DNA of 64,000 nt from contig OZ242320.1 in assembly GCA_965208125.1 (NCBI GenBank), forward strand, positions 3,744,001 to 3,808,000, read 5' to 3'. Positions 9,379 to 16,611 of this stretch are shown piece after piece. Source of the stretch: Candidatus Latescibacterota bacterium (GTDB lineage Bacteria; Latescibacterota; UBA2968). How positions within the stretch are numbered: position 1 is the first letter of the stretch; every line of letters starts with the position of its first letter. The translations under genes were made by a program, and so were the position numbers. Below the pieces are notes generated by a model that ran no database searches, was not told the origin of the DNA, and saw only the letters and a program-made list of their open reading frames with translations.

Positions 9379-10593
9379 ATGAAAATCATCGACATCGACA
9401 TCATCCCCATCTACCCCAAAATCGCCGACCGGAATGCCGATCAGAAAGCCCGGTTTTTTAATATAAACCATCGTACCATTTTTAAAATTACGACTGACAA
9501 TGGCATTGTGGGCTATGGCGATGCACGCTGCGAGGCCCCTCACAAGTCCACTGTAAATCACCTGATCGACCGCGATCCTTTTGACTTTATCAACGCCGAT
9601 CTCAACAGTGGCCTGATGGGCGCACTCTACGATGCCATGGGCAAATACCTTGAAATTCCCGCGTACAAACTCATGGGTCAGAAAATACGCGACCGTGTAC
9701 CCGTAGCTGCCTGGACCCGCCCTGCCTCCCCGGAAGATCTGGCCAAAGAAGTTCAGCGAGCCGTGGAAGAAGGGTATATGATCTTTAAAATCCACACCTG
9801 CGCCTATTACGATGTGTACGAACAAACCAGAGCCGTTGAGGAGGTTGCTCCGCCCGGTTTCAAAATGCATTACGACTTCAATCACAATCGGCCGCTTGCC
9901 GCTGTCCTGCGCATCTTGCAGGAACTGGAGAAGTCCCCCGTCGTAGGTATGATCGAAGATCCCCTGGTCTTATCCGATGTCGAAGGCTGGCGCCTTCTGA
10001 GGGAGAAAACCAGTTTGCCGTTGCTCATGCATGTCCCTCAACTCGGCGGAGGTCAGGAGATTATCCGCGGTTGCGCCGATGCCTACATGATCGGCGAAGG
10101 CGGCATTGGCTCTACCCTCGTGCGTGGATTTGCTGCTGCCCTGGCCAATGTCTCCTCTGTCATCCAGCTCACAGGCGGTACCCTCACCAAAGCCATGGCT
10201 CTGCATATGGGCGCCGTAATTCCCAACGTGGCTCATTCTACCAACCTGGACGACCAGTACGGTGAAGACGTTGTCAAACAGCGCATCGAAGTCGCAAGCG
10301 GTTCCTCTCCGGTACCCGAAGGCCCCGGCCTCGGCGTAGAAGTCGACGAAGACGCGCTGGCCAGATGCGCCGCCAACAAACCCACTGTTATTCCCCCCAC
10401 TATTTGCATCCTGCATCTACCCGAAGGCCCCAAGCTCTATACCAGAGGATTCCCAAACGTTGCTCGCCTCACTGGTTTCCCCGAAGGCAACATCCGGGGC
10501 ATTCGCCTGGATGTCTGGGAAGACGACGATTCCGACAAGTTCAAGCAAACTCTGCAACGCATCGAACAGCAGGGTCCGTTTATGGAAAAATAG
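9379..10593 (+). CDS. Second enolase-superfamily (MR/MLE-like) enzyme
   Basis: 'TDNGIVGYGD', 'LYDAMGK...PAYKLMG', 'YDFN', 'IEDP', 'PGLGVEVDE'. Confidence 0.88.
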   Translation: MKIIDIDIIPIYPKIADRNADQKARFFNINHRTIFKITTDNGIVGYGDARCEAPHKSTVNHLIDRDPFDFINADLNSGLMGALYDAMGKYLEIPAYKLMGQKIRDRVPVAAWTRPASPEDLAKEVQRAVEEGYMIFKIHTCAYYDVYEQTRAVEEVAPPGFKMHYDFNHNRPLAAVLRILQELEKSPVVGMIEDPLVLSDVEGWRLLREKTSLPLLMHVPQLGGGQEIIRGCADAYMIGEGGIGSTLVRGFAAALANVSSVIQLTGGTLTKAMALHMGAVIPNVAHSTNLDDQYGEDVVKQRIEVASGSSPVPEGPGLGVEVDEDALARCAANKPTVIPPTICILHLPEGPKLYTRGFPNVARLTGFPEGNIRGIRLDVWEDDDSDKFKQTLQRIEQQGPFMEK

Positions 10594-10633
10594 ATGTTCT
10601 GTGTGGCGTAAACTTTCTATCAGGTCTTTTCTT

Positions 10634-11392
10634 ATGCACACCAGCACCCTCTTAATCTCTCAGGACTTTGAATACTGGCAATCTGGCGAAAACGGCCTCA
10701 CTCGCGTCGATTTTGAGACCTTCTGTCCGGACTACCACGAATTGGACCGCGCGGGTGTCATATCTCCCCATCTCGAAGATGGCATACTGTACGCCGGATA
10801 TGCACTTCTGGCACTGACCACTGCCTTTTACGATATCTGGCGCGCTCGCACGGATGATTTTTTTATCTATCCCCAGCACTTTGCCCTCCTGGACATCACC
10901 AGAGAAGGCGTCAATACCGGATGCGGGCGCCTGCCACTTGAAAAAAATACACTGGGCGGTCCCTGGGGCAACTTAGACGTCTGGCCCAACTCAAAATGGA
11001 TTTCCGCCCACGGTAGCGTTTCCGGCATGCTCAAGAAAGCGTTTGACCTTCAGATCAACCGCCTATTCTGGCCCGAAGCCTTTCGCCCAAACCGCGAAGA
11101 AAAATTTCTACCTGCTTATGCGGTCAAAATGCTCCGTACCCATTTGAAAGCAGTCTATTATTACAACACCTCCGAACCCAATATCGAAATCCATACCGCT
11201 CAAAACGTGCAAGATCTCTTTCAGACGAGCCTCAATAGACTGTCCGACATAGACGGCCTATCAATACAACACTCTCTTCAGAGACATGTTCTCGAAAACC
11301 CACAGACCGATCATCGTTACATCGAACAGTATCGCAAAGTAGATCTGGATCATTTTCTCAACGACATGGCAGATTGCTTTGAAAATGCCTGA
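10634..11392 (+). CDS. Hypothetical protein
   Basis: Open frame filling the gap between co-oriented genes; protein-like motifs 'TTAFYD', 'DFFIYP', 'LDVWP'; start uncertain. Confidence 0.7.
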   Translation: MHTSTLLISQDFEYWQSGENGLTRVDFETFCPDYHELDRAGVISPHLEDGILYAGYALLALTTAFYDIWRARTDDFFIYPQHFALLDITREGVNTGCGRLPLEKNTLGGPWGNLDVWPNSKWISAHGSVSGMLKKAFDLQINRLFWPEAFRPNREEKFLPAYAVKMLRTHLKAVYYYNTSEPNIEIHTAQNVQDLFQTSLNRLSDIDGLSIQHSLQRHVLENPQTDHRYIEQYRKVDLDHFLNDMADCFENA

Positions 11393-11416
11393 TCGAGACT
11401 CTCATAATTTTCTCTT

Positions 11417-12787
11417 GTGGGGAATCCTTTGGTCAACGGTCAACTCTTAAACCTGCTAACTGCCCGCGCCGAGTCTAAAAATCCCCTTCGCGTGGGCCTC
11501 ATCGGCGCTGGAAAATTCGGCACCATGTTTCTGGCTCAGGCCCGTCGCGTTGCGGGTCTGCACGTCCTGGGTGTGGCCGATCTATCCCTGCACCGGGCGC
11601 GTGAAGCCCTCACGCGTGCTGAGTGGCCGTCTGAACAATTTGCCGCAATCGACTTTGATCACGCCCTCAAAACCGGTGCCACCTATCTCACCGATGACGG
11701 CGATGCTCTCATCCGGGCGGACGGTCTGGACGTTCTGGTCGAAGCCACTGGCAATCCTCTCGCAGGCATCCACCACGCCCTTCGAGCCATCGAACACGGG
11801 TGCCACCTGGTCATGGTCAATGTCGAAGCAGACGTCCTGGTCGGTCCCCTCCTGGCCCAACGTGCAGCATCCGCTGGCCTCGTGTACACCCTCGCCTATG
11901 GCGATCAACCAGCTCTGATCTGTGAACTGGTTGAATGGGCTGAGACCAATGGCTTCGATATTGTCTGCGCGGGCAAGGGCACCAAATACCGGTCCGCGTA
12001 CCACACATCCACTCCTGATACCGTCTGGGAGCACTACGGTTTCGATGCTGAAACCGCTGCAAAAGGCGGTCTGAACCCCCGTATGTTCAACTCTTTTTTG
12101 GACGGTACAAAATCCGCCATTGAAATGGCCGCTGTCTCAAATGCCACCGGCCTGAATCCTCAGCCCGAAGGCCTGAAATTCCCGCCCTGCGGCATCGACC
12201 AATTGCCCGATATTTGCCGGCCTCATAGCGACGGGGGGCAACTTTCCCACAAAGGTACCGTCGAAGTCGTCTCCAGCCTGCAACCAGACGGAACCCCTGT
12301 AGATAGAGATCTGCGCTGGGGTGTTTACGTCACTATTGAAGCCCCTGGCGACTACATCCGCCGCTGCTTCTCCGAATACGGCCTTCCCACTGATTCCACT
12401 GGACGTTACACGGCCATCTACCGCCCTTACCACCTGGTTGGCATGGAACTCACCACCAGCGTCTTGCGCGCTGGCTTGCGCGGCGAAGCCAGCGGCGCGC
12501 CCGTTGTTTTTCATGCAGACGTTGTCGCCACTGCAAAACGCGATCTTTCCGAAGGAGAAGTCCTGGACGGCGAAGGCGGCTACCGCGTTTACGGCAAACT
12601 CATGCCGGCTGGTCAGGCTCGCATATCCAATACCCTGCCCATTGGCCTGGCCCACGATCTCAAGCTAAAACACAAAATCGCCGCGGGGCAACCCATACAC
12701 CAATCCGACGTCGAATTTGACAAAGACAACGCCATTCTCCGCCTCCGCCGGGAAATGGTACAATGCTTTGTGGAAAGGAGCGAATAA
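11417..12787 (+). CDS. Homoserine-dehydrogenase-like NAD(P)-dependent oxidoreductase with C-terminal SAF domain (COG4091-like)
   Basis: Rossmann 'VGLIGAGKFG', 'NVEAD..VGP', 'GDQPA', 'DGTKSAIEM', SAF 'AKRDL..GE.LDGEGG'. Confidence 0.88.
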   Translation: MGNPLVNGQLLNLLTARAESKNPLRVGLIGAGKFGTMFLAQARRVAGLHVLGVADLSLHRAREALTRAEWPSEQFAAIDFDHALKTGATYLTDDGDALIRADGLDVLVEATGNPLAGIHHALRAIEHGCHLVMVNVEADVLVGPLLAQRAASAGLVYTLAYGDQPALICELVEWAETNGFDIVCAGKGTKYRSAYHTSTPDTVWEHYGFDAETAAKGGLNPRMFNSFLDGTKSAIEMAAVSNATGLNPQPEGLKFPPCGIDQLPDICRPHSDGGQLSHKGTVEVVSSLQPDGTPVDRDLRWGVYVTIEAPGDYIRRCFSEYGLPTDSTGRYTAIYRPYHLVGMELTTSVLRAGLRGEASGAPVVFHADVVATAKRDLSEGEVLDGEGGYRVYGKLMPAGQARISNTLPIGLAHDLKLKHKIAAGQPIHQSDVEFDKDNAILRLRREMVQCFVERSE

Positions 12788-13107
12788 TGAACAATGAACA
12801 ATCGCTTTTGCCACCGAAAATTTCATTTTTTGAAAAACGATTGACAATAATTCTTGCTCGGGATGATGCGATGGTATGCGCTTTCTGTCCTGAATTGGAT
12901 TTGGTGACTGAAATGGCAACGCCCGATGAAGCACTGGAAGATATGCTGGAAGCCATGCAGGATTATGCTGAGGAATATTTAGAGGACTTAGAAATTTATC
13001 AAAACAGTCCCAATCGCGCCCATCATTTACCTTATATCCAGGCTATTGCTGCATGTAAAGATGTCTGGGATATAGGAGAACCCATCGATGGCATCCGTAA
13101 CCTTTAA
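12787..13107 (+). CDS. HicB-like antitoxin-type protein, orphan, C-terminus probably truncated
   Basis: 'AFCPELDLVT...T.DEALEDM.EA..DY' HicB-like pattern and 'SPNRAHHLPY'; start coupled to upstream stop (TAATG); runs into next gene's RBS. Confidence 0.6.
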   Translation: MNNEQSLLPPKISFFEKRLTIILARDDAMVCAFCPELDLVTEMATPDEALEDMLEAMQDYAEEYLEDLEIYQNSPNRAHHLPYIQAIAACKDVWDIGEPIDGIRNL

Positions 13108-14008
13108 AGGTGTCTTTCCCATCCTCGTCACTCCATTCGATAACCAGGGCAACCTCGATCTGGAATCCTTTGATCGAACGGTACGCTTTATGGCGGATAT
13201 CGGTGTAAATGGCGTTACTATCATTGGTGTACTCGGCGAATCCAACCGAATGCTGGATGTCGAACGGGAACAGCTTATAAAAACCGCTGTGGGCGCTGCA
13301 GGCGGGCGCATCCCCGTTATCGCGGGCACGAGCTACAGCGGCACACGGGCGACCCTTGAACTCAGCCGGATGGCCGAATCTCTCGGCGCTGCCGGTGTGA
13401 TGGTTACCCCCTCGCGGGAATCCGTGCCCAACGAAGACCGCATTTTCGAATTTTTCCAGCAGGTGGCCGAAGGCATTTCCATTCCCATCGTCGTACAGGA
13501 CCATCCCGCCTCCACCCAGGTCCACATGTCTGTCTCCCTCATTCTGCGTCTCGTCCGCGAAATTCCGCTCGTCGCCTGTATTAAAGAAGAGGCCGTGCCC
13601 ACCCCGCCCAGGATTACCGCCCTCTTGAACGGCATTGGAGACCGTGCGGTCACCATTCTCACTGGCCTCGGCGCTCTCTACGGCGCCTTTGATCTTGCCC
13701 GCGGCGCTCACGGTTTTATGACCGGCTTTGCCTTTCCCGAAGTTCTGCTCGCCCTGGTTCGGAGTGCTGAAAATAAAGACTTTGACACCGTACACGACAT
13801 CTATCACCGATATTTGCCGCTCATCGTGTACGAACAGCAGCCGGGGGTGGCTATCCGCAAAGAGATCTTCCGCCTGCGCGGCCTGATCGCCAGTAGCTAC
13901 GTGCGCCATCCCGGCGCACATATCGACCCAACCACTTCCGGCCATTTGAAATCACTCTTGCACAAAATGCTGCCCAGCGTGGATATTACGAGACCTATCG
14001 AAGTGTGA
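13088..14008 (+). CDS. Dihydrodipicolinate synthase (DapA/NAL) family protein, keto-deoxy acid sugar dehydratase/aldolase-like
   Basis: 'GVFPILVTPF', 'GVLGE', 'IPVIAGT', Schiff-base Lys in 'IKEE'. Confidence 0.9.
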   Translation: MASVTFKGVFPILVTPFDNQGNLDLESFDRTVRFMADIGVNGVTIIGVLGESNRMLDVEREQLIKTAVGAAGGRIPVIAGTSYSGTRATLELSRMAESLGAAGVMVTPSRESVPNEDRIFEFFQQVAEGISIPIVVQDHPASTQVHMSVSLILRLVREIPLVACIKEEAVPTPPRITALLNGIGDRAVTILTGLGALYGAFDLARGAHGFMTGFAFPEVLLALVRSAENKDFDTVHDIYHRYLPLIVYEQQPGVAIRKEIFRLRGLIASSYVRHPGAHIDPTTSGHLKSLLHKMLPSVDITRPIEV

Positions 14009-14012
14009 GACG

Positions 14013-14054
14013 AAAACCCCCCGATAGTGAGTGCAAAGCTATCGGGGGGTTTTT
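14013..14054. terminator. Bidirectional intrinsic terminator between convergent genes
   Basis: AAAACCCCCCGATAG-loop-CTATCGGGGGGTTTT perfect stem with A and T tracts. Confidence 0.85.
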
Positions 14055-14091
14055 GTAATCTATTAAGTATGCGGAATAAACGGTTTGCCGT

Positions 14092-15651
14092 TCAACAGTG
14101 GTTTGTAATGCGTTGATCCTTGTGGCGCAAATTTTCGGTCTTAAATCCGTGCAACTTGGTAAAATCAAGTGGATCGATAAATTCAAACGCACTCCTGAAT
14201 GAATCTAAGAGTTTTTTAGCCACATTGCGCGTTAAATTGCTTTTTACCACGATGCGGAACATAGATGTCTTGCCCGCTTGATCGTAAAATAAGGGCAAAA
14301 TTTCTCTGCTTAAGGGATGCTCGTATTGCATTCTATAGCCACTTACATACCAACGGTATTGAGACAAAACGTGCTGCAAGTCAATATCGTCGTAGCTGAT
14401 ATCGCAGTCTGGATTCAGCTTGGCTGTGACAACGGGTAAACATTCTGTATCTCCGTCGTCGAGGATCGTGAACCTCGGCTTCCCCCGGTATGTCATGGCT
14501 TTGAGACCATCGCGCAAGAATTTTGCGTTTTGCATCAGGTTGTCGCAACATTGTTGGTATCCACTCAAGCCCTGCCGTATCAGTTGGTAATACTGGACGT
14601 AAACCCCACTGGCGGGTCTGGAAAAATTGAGGGTATAGGAATCCGCATTGCCACCGAGATAGGTCACTGAAATTGCGACATGCTCGCTCAAGTCTTTGCG
14701 TTGTCGCCACACGATCCAACCCGTGCCACAACACGATTCTCCGTATTTGTGACCGCTGGTAGATATGGACAACACATTATTCAGGCGAAAATCCCACGGA
14801 CGCAGATTTGGCTGAAATGGTGCAATAAACCCGCCCGATGCAGCATCTACGTGGATACCGACCTGATATCCCTTGGCTGCGTTGACTTCTTCAACCACCT
14901 CATTGACTTGTTCAACAGGATCGTAGTGACCGCTGTAGTGATTTCCCATAATACACACTACACCCATCGTATGTTCGTCAATCGCTTCGCGCACTTTTTC
15001 TGGGTCCAGAGTAAAGGTATCTACAGATGGCTGAATGAGGCGTGGCTCAATATCCATGTACTTAAACAGTTTTTCCCAGGCAGCCTGAAAGCAAGTGGAA
15101 ATAACAAGATTGGGTCTGGTGCCCAGCACATCGTTGTCCGTTAAGTTTTTGCGCTTAGCATACCAGGCTCGCCAGCGGAATTTGAGGGCAAGCCCGGCCA
15201 ACAAACACGCTTCAGTTGAACCAACGGTACCCGCACCTGCATACACGCCATAGTCATCAAAATCGTCGGGTTTTGGACAATGCCATAGGTTGGCAATCAT
15301 ATTGACAGCAGTATCGTGCAATTTGTACGAATTGGGATAGACCGTCTGGTCTGCCATATTGACGTGGAGGCCGAGCAAGGCGATATCTCTTTCTTCTTTT
15401 TCCAAAAAGACATTGACATAAGACGATGTGTTAAACCGGTAGTCGAAATCGAGTCCATTGACGCTCTCAATAATGATTTGCGCCGCTTCTGGAGTAATGC
15501 CGTGTTGCGGGATATGTGTGATATCCAACCAATTTTTTTGTGCCGCATCCGAATAGTAGTAATTCTGGGAAAGTTGGTTGCGCGATTTGAGCGCTTTTAC
15601 CTGTGTACGCAGACGATCAATTTCTTGCTGCATAAGTTCGGTTTCAGACAT
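14092..15651 (-). CDS. Glutamate decarboxylase-like PLP-dependent group II decarboxylase
   Basis: 'TVGSTEACLLAGLALKFRW', 'IHVDAASGGF', PLP Lys 'SGHKYG', 'LNFSRP'; start ATG 15651 after GGAGG. Confidence 0.88.
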   Translation of the reverse strand: MSETELMQQEIDRLRTQVKALKSRNQLSQNYYYSDAAQKNWLDITHIPQHGITPEAAQIIIESVNGLDFDYRFNTSSYVNVFLEKEERDIALLGLHVNMADQTVYPNSYKLHDTAVNMIANLWHCPKPDDFDDYGVYAGAGTVGSTEACLLAGLALKFRWRAWYAKRKNLTDNDVLGTRPNLVISTCFQAAWEKLFKYMDIEPRLIQPSVDTFTLDPEKVREAIDEHTMGVVCIMGNHYSGHYDPVEQVNEVVEEVNAAKGYQVGIHVDAASGGFIAPFQPNLRPWDFRLNNVLSISTSGHKYGESCCGTGWIVWRQRKDLSEHVAISVTYLGGNADSYTLNFSRPASGVYVQYYQLIRQGLSGYQQCCDNLMQNAKFLRDGLKAMTYRGKPRFTILDDGDTECLPVVTAKLNPDCDISYDDIDLQHVLSQYRWYVSGYRMQYEHPLSREILPLFYDQAGKTSMFRIVVKSNLTRNVAKKLLDSFRSAFEFIDPLDFTKLHGFKTENLRHKDQRITNHC

Positions 15652-15681
15652 ATTGCCTCCGAAAAAATGTCGCATTTCTAC

Positions 15682-16581
15682 CTACGACGCCTCTGTGCGG
15701 AATAGAGGGTGAAGTTTTGCGAGGATGGCGTCGAGTTCGCGGTTGTCGTCGTCGTCCATTTTGGTGCTGCCTGGCGCGCGCATGCCGCTCGTTTTGAAGA
15801 TGCCCCGGCGAATGAGTACTTCTTTGGCAAGGCGGAGACCGAGGATCTGGATCAGGTTGGTGAGTGGAAGGAGTTGATCGAAAAGGTCGCGTGCTTTGTC
15901 TTCATCGCCTGCTTGAAAGGCATCCCATATGTCAACGTGAATATCGACAACCGGGGCACCGGGCATAAAGCCGCTGGCGCCTCGTCGCATTTCTGAGATC
16001 ATCCAGCGGCACCACGCCCCACCAAAAACGCCCTGGCAGTGATCCCCTGCTTCGGCGACAATGGCACTGATGTGATGTGCGCTGGGATTGGCTTCTTCTT
16101 TGACGTAGATGAGGTGCTCGACTTCGGTGAGTAGGCGAACGAGTGCGGGAGGTTGCATGCCAGCACCTGCATTCTGGATGAAAATGGGCAATTGTCCCGC
16201 GCTGGAAATGGCCTCGAAGTAGCGGAGGTTTTCGTCGGGTCCACCGCTACCCATATAGGGTGGCATGGCGATGACAGCATCGGCTCCTACGCGCCCGGCA
16301 TGGGCGGCGTGTTCGGTGGCTGTGGAGATATTGGTGCCGGCCACACCGGCGATGACAGGGATGCGTTTGTCGGTTTTTTTGACGACGATTTCGACGAGGG
16401 TTTGCCGCTCCCGGTCGGAGAGATATTGAAATTCACCTCCGAGTACGGGAAAGACCAGGCCACCTGCACCAGCGGCGATGCAGAAGTCGATTTGCCGCTC
16501 AAGGCTTTCGATATCGAAGTCGCCGGATTCGGCAACGGGCGTTTGTAATACGGGCAAGATACCGCGGATGAGATTGCTCAA
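15682..16581 (-). CDS. Second DapA/NAL family protein
   Basis: 'GILPVLQTP', 'GGEFQYLS..ER', 'IPVIAGV', 'YVKEE'; TTG start with AGGAG RBS. Confidence 0.88.
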   Translation of the reverse strand: MSNLIRGILPVLQTPVAESGDFDIESLERQIDFCIAAGAGGLVFPVLGGEFQYLSDRERQTLVEIVVKKTDKRIPVIAGVAGTNISTATEHAAHAGRVGADAVIAMPPYMGSGGPDENLRYFEAISSAGQLPIFIQNAGAGMQPPALVRLLTEVEHLIYVKEEANPSAHHISAIVAEAGDHCQGVFGGAWCRWMISEMRRGASGFMPGAPVVDIHVDIWDAFQAGDEDKARDLFDQLLPLTNLIQILGLRLAKEVLIRRGIFKTSGMRAPGSTKMDDDDNRELDAILAKLHPLFRTEAS

Positions 16582-16611
16582 GGTGGTCTCCTGTGTTAGA
16601 ATTGCTGGCTG

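Noticed and set aside
13043-13945. Long antisense ORFs (also 37591-38733, 27257-28180, 20418-21131, 42495-43241)
   Set aside because: Shadows of well-supported genes on the opposite strand; no recognisable motifs
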